Shown here in pieces: positions 8,611-17,600 of a stretch of DNA of 64,000 nucleotides; within the stretch, counting starts at the first letter, position 1, and each line of letters opens with the position of its first letter. The translations under genes and the position numbers were made by a program. Origin of the DNA: Thermodesulfobacteriota bacterium. Its GTDB lineage: Bacteria; Desulfobacterota; Desulfobaccia; Desulfobaccales; 0-14-0-80-60-11. Below the pieces are notes generated by a model that did no database searches, was not told where the DNA came from, and worked only from the letters and a program-made list of their open reading frames with translations. The DNA lies in NCBI GenBank assembly GCA_049322315.1, contig JBMORF010000082.1, positions 128,141 to 192,140 on the forward strand, written 5' to 3'.

Positions 8611-10323
8611 ATGGCCAAGAAGCCGGCAAACCTAGTCTTTGGGGTCGATGAAAATCCGCCTTGGGGGATCACTCTGCTCCAGGGACTGCAGCATGTCTTC
8701 ATCATAACGGTCTACTTTATTTTTCCGGTCATCGTCATCCACGCCTTGGGCGGCACTGACGACCAGGCTGCCACCATGGTCAAGATGTCCATGATCGGCA
8801 TTGGCATCACTACCATATTGCAGGTTCTGCGCAAAGGTCCCATGGGCTCCGGCTACCTTGCCCCCTCAGGCAACGGACCCGCTTACCTATCCGCCACCTT
8901 GCTGGCCGCCAAGTCCGGGGGCCTATCCTTGATCTGCGGGATGACCGTCGTCGCCGGTCTCTTTGAGGTCCTAATCTCCCGCATCGTCAGCCGCCTGCGA
9001 GTCCTGTTTCCGCCGGAAGTCGCCGGACTGGTGGTGACCATGGTGGGCATCGAACTCATCCCCCTGGGCATCGAGCGCTTTTTCGGCCTGGGTCCTGGCG
9101 GGACCGGGATCAGTCGCAACGATTTTCTGGTGGCCCTGATCACCTATGTCTGTATGGTGGGCATCAACACCTGGGGCAAAGGCATGCTGCGCCTCTATCC
9201 CATCCTCATCGGCATGGGGGTAGGCTACCTGAGCGCCTTCTTCTGGGGTATCCTCACTCCCGCCAAACTGAGCAGCATCAGCGCCGCGCCCTGGATCTCC
9301 TTCCCCCGGTTCGCCAGCTTCGGCTGGTCCTTCGATATGGCACTGTTGCTGCCGTTCTTAATTGCCACGCTCTGTTCCACCCTCAAAGACATTGGCGATC
9401 TGACCACCTGCCAAAAAATCAACGACAGCGAGTGGAAGCGCTCCGATATGAAGTCCATCGGCAACGGTATCCTAGCAGATGCTGTGGGTGATATCCTCTC
9501 CGGGGTGATCGGTGGCCTGGGCCAGACCACTTCTTCCAGCAATATCGGTTTCTCTCTGGCTACCGGGGTCACCAGCCGCCGCATCGCCTATGCTATCGGG
9601 GGCCTTCTCTGCTTTCTGGCCTTTTTTCCCAAGTTGGCGCAGTTCTTTGTGATCATGCCCCGGCCGGTCATGGGGGCCATTCTGATCTTTGTGACCAACT
9701 TCATGGTTCTGGCGGGTTTTCAGATCATCACCACCCGGATGCTGGACACCCGGAAGATCTTTGTCATCGGCACCTCTTTTATCTTTGGGATTTCGGTGTT
9801 CCTCTACCCCCAGGCCTATCGCCAGGTCCCCGCTTTAGTGCAACCCATTTTTAGTTCCGCCCTCTCCCTGGCCACCATTAGCGTAGTCATCCTGAATCTT
9901 ATCTTTCGCCTGGGCATTGCCAAACGCCAGGGGCTCACCATCACCCCCGAGGATCGTGATTTTGCTGAGAAACTCACCACCTTTATGCAGAGGCAGGGGG
10001 CGGCCTGGGGCGCCCGGCGGGAGGTGATCCAACTGGCGGAGTCGGCCATGATAGAGTTTATGGAGGCCCTGGTGGGTCTGAAGCTGGCCGGCGGCCCCAT
10101 CGAGGTGGAGGCGAAATTTGACGAGATGAGCCTGGAGGTGAGCTTCCACTATCAGGGACGCCTGCTGGATTTCCATCCCCAGCTCCCCAGCCAGGCCGAC
10201 TTATTGGAGGACGAGGAAGCAGTCTACCGGCTCTCCAGCTTCATCATCAAGAATCATGTAGACCGCATCAAAACCGGGGAAGAGAACGGCCGTTGTTTGG
10301 TGGTTTTTCACTTCGACCATTAA
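8611..10323 (+). CDS. NCS2 (xanthine/uracil/vitamin C permease) family transporter with a roughly 130-aa cytoplasmic C-terminal RsbW-like (degenerate GHKL) domain
   Basis: ATG 8611 is preceded by GAGGGGGG. The N-terminal motif WGITLLQGLQHVF and a multi-TM body are typical of NCS2. The tail (9925..10320) aligns by eye with the adjacent RsbW-like kinase. Confidence 0.75.
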   Translation: MAKKPANLVFGVDENPPWGITLLQGLQHVFIITVYFIFPVIVIHALGGTDDQAATMVKMSMIGIGITTILQVLRKGPMGSGYLAPSGNGPAYLSATLLAAKSGGLSLICGMTVVAGLFEVLISRIVSRLRVLFPPEVAGLVVTMVGIELIPLGIERFFGLGPGGTGISRNDFLVALITYVCMVGINTWGKGMLRLYPILIGMGVGYLSAFFWGILTPAKLSSISAAPWISFPRFASFGWSFDMALLLPFLIATLCSTLKDIGDLTTCQKINDSEWKRSDMKSIGNGILADAVGDILSGVIGGLGQTTSSSNIGFSLATGVTSRRIAYAIGGLLCFLAFFPKLAQFFVIMPRPVMGAILIFVTNFMVLAGFQIITTRMLDTRKIFVIGTSFIFGISVFLYPQAYRQVPALVQPIFSSALSLATISVVILNLIFRLGIAKRQGLTITPEDRDFAEKLTTFMQRQGAAWGARREVIQLAESAMIEFMEALVGLKLAGGPIEVEAKFDEMSLEVSFHYQGRLLDFHPQLPSQADLLEDEEAVYRLSSFIIKNHVDRIKTGEENGRCLVVFHFDH

Positions 10324-10327
10324 AGGA

Positions 10328-10753
10328 TCAGGACACGGCAGCAGGCGGGGTCAGGTCAAAGCAGAAGGTCACCTGGTTGACGCCGGATTCATAGTGATAG
10401 TCGATCTCATCGGCCAGTTGCCGGGCCAAGTGGATTCCCAGCCCCCCGATGGACCGCTGTTCCAAGTCCGGACCCAGATTCGGTGGCCCCTTTTCCAGGA
10501 GATTGAAGCGTCGGCCCCAATCCCGCAAAGACAGGCAAAATCGGTGTTGATCCTCCAGGAAGAAACTTACCTCCACCTCACCCGGCCCCCGGGGGTAGGC
10601 GTAGCGGATAATGTTGGTCAGCAGCTCTTCCAGGACCAATTCGATCTCCCATCTTCGCTCCCGGGGCAGGCCCAATTGCTCCAGTTCCGGCGCCAGAAAA
10701 GACCGGAAGGCCTCCAGAGATTCCATAACTGCCGGTAATCGCAGCCGGTTCAT
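10328..10753 (-). CDS. Anti-sigma-factor-type serine kinase (RsbW/SpoIIAB-like, HATPase_c_2)
   Basis: 141 aa. N-box-like EIELVLEELLTNIIRYAY, G-box SIGGLGIHLARQLADEIDY. Its start overlaps the stop of the STAS gene by 4 nt (10750..10753). Confidence 0.85.
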   Translation of the reverse strand: MNRLRLPAVMESLEAFRSFLAPELEQLGLPRERRWEIELVLEELLTNIIRYAYPRGPGEVEVSFFLEDQHRFCLSLRDWGRRFNLLEKGPPNLGPDLEQRSIGGLGIHLARQLADEIDYHYESGVNQVTFCFDLTPPAAVS

Positions 10754-11088
10754 GGTTTGATCTGCGCGAGGGCTTCATCCAGGGAGGGATACATGGGAAA
10801 CATGCTGTAGATGCCGGCAATATTGAAGACCTTTGCCACCATGCCGGCAATTCTGGAAAATACCAGGCTGCCATCCCTGGCCTTTAATTGTTTGGCCACG
10901 AACAGAATTGTCCTGATGCCGGCACTGCTGATGTAGTCAAGTTCACCCAGATCCACCGCGAAGTATGATTCTCCCGTCTCCAGCCATTTCAGGCATTTCT
11001 GCTCAAACTCAGGAGCGGTCGAGGCATCCAACCGTCCTTTGAGTTTGAAAACCACTACTTCCCCTTGTTTTTCCGTGATCAATTCCAT
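10750..11088 (-). CDS. STAS-domain anti-sigma-factor antagonist (RsbV/SpoIIAA-like)
   Basis: 112 aa. VVVFKLKGRLDASTAPEFEQ...DLGELDYISSAGIRTIL carries the conserved phosphorylatable Ser context (DYISSAG). Confidence 0.9.
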   Translation of the reverse strand: MELITEKQGEVVVFKLKGRLDASTAPEFEQKCLKWLETGESYFAVDLGELDYISSAGIRTILFVAKQLKARDGSLVFSRIAGMVAKVFNIAGIYSMFPMYPSLDEALAQIKP

Positions 11089-11711
11089 CTGACGCTCCCG
11101 AGTGGCAAAGATTCAAATAAGTTTAGCCAGCGTACACCTGCGGCAATGGGGATGGCACCGGCTCCAAGCGGCGTTTTCTGAGGCAAGCCCCAAAATGGCC
11201 CTCGGGAATAACCACCTGGGAGCCTCTCGGCGCGCCTCGGCTGGAGGAGAAAGAGGAAAGTCTGAGACGACCTTAATGGCTTCTTTCCCGGCAAGCGGCT
11301 CAAGCACCATTAGGGTGGTCCTTCTTTGGGAACCTGGTATCGGCGTTCCGGCAATTTTTTTCAAGGCCAGTGAGTAACAAGAGAAGAAAACCCCATAGAT
11401 GAGAAATTCATAATCCATTTTTTGAGGCTTAGGTTATATGTTGAAAAAATCTATCATATGAATTTTCAAAGAGAAAGAAGAATTATGCGCACATCCCGGA
11501 TTACAGAGAAACTCCCTGAAGGTGAAGAGATTCTGGGGACTTATGCCGGGTACCAATAGCTGGCCAGTTGCAGTGATCATCACTTAACACCAGCAGCAAA
11601 AAAATTTGGGGGCAGGTAACACCTTTCCATACGGAATTTGCGCTTTCACGGCTCAGGTTAACTAGAGTTAAGTCCCGAGGTTCACACTGGTTTCTGCTTC
11701 CCGGGTCCTCT

Positions 11712-13901
11712 TCACTCCATGAGCAATGGCGCAATGATGGGGGCGATCATGGACAGAGTGGCCTTGATTTTGGCCACAAAGCCATCGGCATCGCCTTTCA
11801 GAGAACTTTGAAAGGGGTTCTTAGTGGGGAAATCCTTGGACCAGGTTTCCCCGGTCACATAGACATTACCGCGGGTATCCACGGCAATGCCGTTGCCCCA
11901 ATCGTCGTCGCTGCCTCCCAGGAGATAAAAAAATCCTATTTTGCTCCCAGCGGGGAATAATTTGGCCACATAGGCATTCGCGGTATAAATTCCCGGGGAG
12001 CCGGCCACCGGGGAGGAGGACCACCCCGTAATATAGGCTGCGCCAAAACGGTCCAGGGCGATGCCATAACCTTCATCATCATAATTTTCCCCCAGGTAGG
12101 TGGAGTAACTCAGGGTGCTGCCGACTTCATCAAGTTTAGCCGCAAAGGCGTCGGATACTCCTTTCCTGGCCGCCTGAGCCGGATTCTTTAGAGGGAAATC
12201 GGCGGAGTAGGTAGTGCCGGTCACACATGCATTACCGTTATTGTCTACAGCAATGCCGTAACCTGCATCCTCATTGGCCCCTCCCAGGAAAGTGGAATAA
12301 ACCACGGCCCCGATGGCATTAAGCTTGGCCACAAAGGCGTCGCCGGCCCCCGCAAATGTCCCTTGAAGGGCGCCCGCGGTGGTAATGAAATCAGGAGAAG
12401 TGGTCTCTCCGGTCACATAAGCATTGCCATTCTTATCTACCCCAACGCCATAACTCGAGTCATCATTGGAGCCGGTAAAAATAGTGCGATAGATCAGGCC
12501 GCCGACGGGATCAAAACGGGCAATAAAGGCATTATAAAGGGAATAAATATTAAAGGTCTCTCCGGTGACACAGGCAAAGCCGTTTCGGTCCACGGCGATG
12601 GCATAGGCGGCATCTTCATAGTTATCTCCCAAGTAAGTGGAATAAACCAGGCCATTGCCCGCGGCGTTGAGCTTGGTGATAAAGGCGTCAGTGGTACCCT
12701 TGCGGCTGGATTGATAGGGGTTCATGGTAGGGAAGGAACTAGAATCGGTATAACCAGTCACATAGGCATTACCCTCTTCATCCACGGCGATGCCGTAACC
12801 CTCCTCCGAACCCTCTCCCCCCAGGTAGGTGGAGTAGACCAGGGCGTTGCCTGCGGGGTTGAGCTTGGTGACAAAAACCTCAGCAGTCCCTGAAAAATAA
12901 GAATCATAAGCCCCCAGAGTGGGAAAATCGTTGGAGAAGGTGCAGCCGGTGATGTAGGCATTGCCGCTGCTATCCACCGCGATGGCGTTGCCCACATCGT
13001 AAGCGCTTCCCCCCAGATAGGTGGAGTACAGTACTTCTGGATCGATGATCAGGGGGAGTGTTTTATCATAAGAAGTCACCGCAAAGCTGTAACTGGGAGA
13101 GTCCTTTCCCGGGGCCAGTTTGAAGCCCCCCTGCCGGGGTACCCGCACGCCGTTGATCACCTGGTAGATAAAAGGTTTTTTCTGCGCCAGGGAGCCGCCG
13201 TCGGGCAGATGGGCGATCAGGTCTCCTGCCTGGGTGACTTCCAGGCCTTTAATGCCCTGGTACTGAAATTTCACCCGGCCCGGATCAGCCCCGGGTTTGA
13301 CCATGACGTCGTATTCCAGGTGGCGCCCCTTGCCGTAAAATTTCAGATCGATCCCGGGGTAGGCGTCCAGGTAGGCCACCGCTCCATAAGTGGGAATGCC
13401 GGTGCGCCATTTTTTGGGGTCCGCGCCCCGGAGATAGTTGACTTGCCCGGCCTGGAGGCCTACCCCGGAGATCTTCACTCCGGGAGACATGCCCACCGGG
13501 GTCAGGTTAAAGTGCAGCGGCAGGGTATGTGCAGCAGGTATCCGGGCCAAGCGGGCTTCCCTTTGCGCCTTACCCTTCCGGGGGCCGCGGCCCGTAGCCC
13601 CAACCGGGTTAGCTGCCTTAAGCAAGGAAAACTGGAGGCCAGCCGGAGTGAAATAAACGGCCCGGCCCTGGCCTTGGGCATAATATTTGATCCGCCCCTC
13701 CACCTGGCCCCGGTTTTCAACGAAATAAAGGGGGAGGCGGCTGCCAGGCTCTCCGGGGCCGGGCCTTTTAAGCCGTTCCGGCGCCTGGCCGGCTCCGGCC
13801 GGGGCCGGAGTGGGAGTGAAGGATATCATGCCGCCGATGAGGGTCGCCAACAGGCTCCAAAAGATTAACGGTGAACGGGGGAACCGCCTTCCTCCTGCCA
13901 T
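11712..13901 (-). CDS. Secreted SBBP (beta-propeller) repeat protein
   Basis: N-terminal signal-like segment. At least 8 repeats of the pattern YSTYLGG..D.G.GIAVD..GNAYVTG.T.S.DFPT, typical of SBBP repeats. Last gene of the RHS operon. Confidence 0.85.
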   Translation of the reverse strand: MAGGRRFPRSPLIFWSLLATLIGGMISFTPTPAPAGAGQAPERLKRPGPGEPGSRLPLYFVENRGQVEGRIKYYAQGQGRAVYFTPAGLQFSLLKAANPVGATGRGPRKGKAQREARLARIPAAHTLPLHFNLTPVGMSPGVKISGVGLQAGQVNYLRGADPKKWRTGIPTYGAVAYLDAYPGIDLKFYGKGRHLEYDVMVKPGADPGRVKFQYQGIKGLEVTQAGDLIAHLPDGGSLAQKKPFIYQVINGVRVPRQGGFKLAPGKDSPSYSFAVTSYDKTLPLIIDPEVLYSTYLGGSAYDVGNAIAVDSSGNAYITGCTFSNDFPTLGAYDSYFSGTAEVFVTKLNPAGNALVYSTYLGGEGSEEGYGIAVDEEGNAYVTGYTDSSSFPTMNPYQSSRKGTTDAFITKLNAAGNGLVYSTYLGDNYEDAAYAIAVDRNGFACVTGETFNIYSLYNAFIARFDPVGGLIYRTIFTGSNDDSSYGVGVDKNGNAYVTGETTSPDFITTAGALQGTFAGAGDAFVAKLNAIGAVVYSTFLGGANEDAGYGIAVDNNGNACVTGTTYSADFPLKNPAQAARKGVSDAFAAKLDEVGSTLSYSTYLGENYDDEGYGIALDRFGAAYITGWSSSPVAGSPGIYTANAYVAKLFPAGSKIGFFYLLGGSDDDWGNGIAVDTRGNVYVTGETWSKDFPTKNPFQSSLKGDADGFVAKIKATLSMIAPIIAPLLME

Positions 13902-13928
13902 ATTCTCTCCTCTGCGGGGCTGCCCCCT

Positions 13929-14609
13929 TTAGGGCTGGTGTTTCTCCACTCCCGGCTCCGGGTCGGAAGTGTAAATCTTCTCTTGATCTTTCAGAATCTT
14001 GGGATGCGGAGGTCCGGTTGTTTCCTTTTGCTCCTTAGGCGTCCCGGCTGGACTGGCGGTCCCGGCCTTTGCCCCCGCGGCCGCTGTGGTCCGGCGGATA
14101 AAGTCCACCCTGGCTTCCAGTTCCTGGGCCACCTCTTTTTGATACTCGTCTTTTTCCTCCGGGCTGAAGGCCCCCTGATTAAGGAAATTTTGGATCTCCC
14201 CCTGCAGGTCCTCCAGTTCACGGTCCGAACCGGCCAGCCTGATCCTGGTGAGCAGCGCGGGCCAGGCCGGGGCTGCGGGGATGCCGCCCCCGGTGATGGT
14301 CAGCGACTCCTGGACCGGGGCAACCGCGACGGGAGTAGATGAGGCGGCAGAGGCGCTGACCGCTGCCCCGGCCTGGGGAGAAGCCGCAACGCTGGAAGAG
14401 GCCTGCACCTGCTGGGTCAGCCGGTTCCCCACCGCATCATAGGTGTACTGAATGACGGTGCCGTCGCTATACTGCACCTTGATGAGACGGTTGAGGTCGT
14501 CGTAAGTGTATTGGGCGGTGGCGGAAAGAGATTGAGCTGTAAATAGCAAGATGGTAAATAGCACCAACATATATGGTTGCATCAATTTTGTAGGCTTATG
14601 CTTAATCAT
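13929..14609 (-). CDS. Small exported protein with a short YD-repeat segment, an Ala/Ser/Pro-rich linker and a charged C-terminal region; function unknown
   Basis: 226 aa. Signal/TM-like N-terminus (MLVLFTILLFTAQSLSATAQ) followed by YTYDDLNRLIKVQYSDGTVIQYTYDAVGNRLT. It starts 18 nt after the RHS stop, which is the position normally taken by an immunity gene. Confidence 0.6.
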   Translation of the reverse strand: MIKHKPTKLMQPYMLVLFTILLFTAQSLSATAQYTYDDLNRLIKVQYSDGTVIQYTYDAVGNRLTQQVQASSSVAASPQAGAAVSASAASSTPVAVAPVQESLTITGGGIPAAPAWPALLTRIRLAGSDRELEDLQGEIQNFLNQGAFSPEEKDEYQKEVAQELEARVDFIRRTTAAAGAKAGTASPAGTPKEQKETTGPPHPKILKDQEKIYTSDPEPGVEKHQP

Positions 14610-14627
14610 TTTATTTACAACCTCAGA

Positions 14628-17600
14628 TTATTTGGGGCAGACACCTTTCTTTGTTAAGTCTCTAAAGGCATTCAAAAACTCAGGATCGGTATATGCTTGC
14701 AGCAAGTCATCTGCAGCACTAACTACATCTAAAGTTCCCAATAAGTTGTCTATATTTTCAACCCATAAGTTAGGCGAAAGTCTCCCACCTACTAACCCAA
14801 GGCTAAGATCAGCTGCAGTTGCTAGATTTTGCGCAGTATAGCTGTTGGGAAAAGCGAGGTCCGCAACATCATTAAAAAACGATCCTTTACTAGCTGGGTT
14901 TTTTTCAAACAGAGCCGCCCAAAGATTTGTCGCATTTACAGTTACACCATAAGATCCTGTAAAAACTAATGCAGTGCCAGCCACAAGGCCTACTCCAGTT
15001 ACTGCTGTTCCCGTAGCTATAATAGCACCACCAGCAACTGCAAAAGCATTCCCAACAAGACCACCAAAAGATCTGCCAGCCTGCTCCCAATTAACCAAGC
15101 CTACAGGATCTATGTATTCGACCGGATTATTTTTCACAAATGCATATAAATTCTTCCCACCGGTCTCCTTCAGTGGGTCTCTGGTCATCCACCTTCCCAC
15201 TGCTGATGCATAAAAACGATACCCATAATAGGACATTCCGGTCTGGTCATCATAAGGTTTGGTGGAAAACTGCATGAGCTGGCTCAGGCTGCCGCTCTGG
15301 GCCCGGCGGCGGCCGAAGGGGTCGTACTGGTAGGCCGCAGACACTCCCCCGGCGCTGTTTAACACCGCGGAGACATTCCCTTTGCCATCATAAAGATAAG
15401 AGTAATTTGCGCCTTCCTGGTTGAGATGGAGCAGGCCGCCGATGCCGCCGCCTTTATGGTGTCCCCAGGTGTATTCCCGGGTAATATTGTTGTCCGCGTC
15501 CCGCTCCTGCACCAGTAGGGCGCCGTCATAGACATAGCGGCTGTCGGATACCAGACTGCTGTTGCGGTACTTTTTCACCTGTACCAGCATCTCGCCAAGG
15601 TAGTAGTACTCCGTCTTGTTCCAGGCGCCGTCAGCGCCGGTATGGGTGAGGGATTGCAGACGATTTTCGGGATCGTAAAGCGCGGTAAAGGCGTAGCCGT
15701 CCGGGGTGTAGCCCTTTTCCAGGTTGCCGTCCCGGTCGTGGGCAAAGGTCTTGGTTCCGGGGTCGGTGGCGCTGAGGAGTTGGTTGACGTTGTTGTAGGC
15801 ATACTGGACTGCCGCATTCTGGTAGGGAGTAGGAACTACTGGTTCATTGGCGGTTTCCGCGGCCCGGAGATCCTGGGCGTTGAAAGTGTAGGAGTAGCTG
15901 TTAATGAGCACTCCTGCGATATTTTTAGTGGTCATTTGGGTCAGGCGTTGTAAGGCATCATATTGAAAAGTGGTCCTGGCGCCGTTGGGCCGGGTGAGGG
16001 ACCGCACCAGGGGATTGACCCCGGTATAGGTATAGTAGTAGAGGTCGCCGCCGGCGTTAACTGCAGTGAGCCGGTTATACTCGTCATAGGCGTAGGCCGC
16101 GGCCTGGCCCTTTTCCCGGGTCATGGCGATCCTGCGGCCCAGGGCGTCGTATTGATAAGTAATTTTGTCATTGTCCCAGGGACCGTCCACGCTCACCAGC
16201 CGGGAATTGGCGTCATACTCGTAGGTGTAAGTTCCCACAGCATTGCTTGAAGAGAGCAGCCGGTTGTATTTATCATAAGTATAATTAATCCAGGGCAAAG
16301 TGTCTTGGTAGTAATAGGTGTTGTAATAAATCCGGGTGAGATTGTTGTTGGCGTCGTAATTATAATAAGTGGTAATGCCCCGGGCATTCCGTTTGGAGGC
16401 CACCAGACCATAATTGTTATATGTGTATAACTCGTATTCGCCGTCCGCATAGATCTTTTTCACCAGGCGGTCACCGGCGTCATATTTGAAGCGGGTGACA
16501 TTGCCCTTGGGGTCCACCAGTTGGGTGCGGTTGCCGTTGGCGTCATAAGCAAACCGGGTCATGCCGCTGGCGGGATCGGTGACCGCGGTGAGGCGGTTGA
16601 GCTTGTCATAGGTATAAAAGGTGGCCTGGCCCGAACGCTCGGTGACTTGGTCCAGCAGTCTGGGGCAGCAGGTGGAATACTGGAAACTCCTAAATTTGCC
16701 GTCGGGGTAGGTGATCCGGGTCGCCTGGTCCAGGTCGTTATAATCATAGGTCACCGTCAGGCCGGTGGCATCGGTGTAGGTCCGCACCCGGTCCAGGGCG
16801 TCGTAGGTATAGCTCTGCACCCGCTGGGCCGCGCGGGTGCGGTGGCGCCCCTGCCTCACTTCCACCAGCCGGTGGTAGGCATCATAGAGATAATTGGTGA
16901 CGGCGCCCGCCGCATCGGTGCTGGAAATCAGTTGCCCATAATCATTATAAGCGAAGGTGGTGACATTTCCCAGACGGTCGGTAAGGGAGGTGACCTCATG
17001 GGTATTGTTATAGGTCAGTTTTATTTGCCCCAGGTCATCCTGGGTGGAGATGAGATCGACATTATTGCTGGCATAGGTCATATTGGCCGTATAAGATAAG
17101 GAAGCGGTGATGGAAGTAGGCAGACTCATATTATTATAAGTGTAACTTTTATAGCCATGATAATCTGAAACATAAGTACGGTTCCCGTAGCTATCATAAC
17201 CAAAATAATAGCCATCACTTAAGGGTAATCTCTTAGAAGCGATATATCCTTGATAGTTACTAGTTATATAATAATATCTTGTCTTTGGTGTATTAACATT
17301 GCTTGCCTCGTAACTGACATAATTAACGTAATTATTAGGACTGACGTACCAGCCATAAATCAAATTGCCGTCATAATGATACTCTTCCTTATTACCAAAA
17401 GGATCGGTGACGGTAACCCGGAAATCTTCCCACATAGTACCGCCGGGCGCTGGGTAACCGTTACTGCCGTTAGGAATGCCGTCCGCCGGTTCAGTATAGA
17501 TATTCCAGACACCCCGGTCCTTGGCGATGCTGGTCATAAAAATGTCTTGATCATAGGTAAAACTCGCCGCATAGTTCCCCATATCGGTGATTTTAACGAG

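Noticed and set aside
11255-11290. GAGGAAAGTCTGAGACG string resembling the RNase P RNA conserved GAGGAAAGUCCGG motif
   Set aside because: The surrounding sequence lacks the other universally conserved RNase P regions (e.g. ACAGNRA, the P4 partner). It is more likely part of the long 5' leader of the STAS/RsbW operon.
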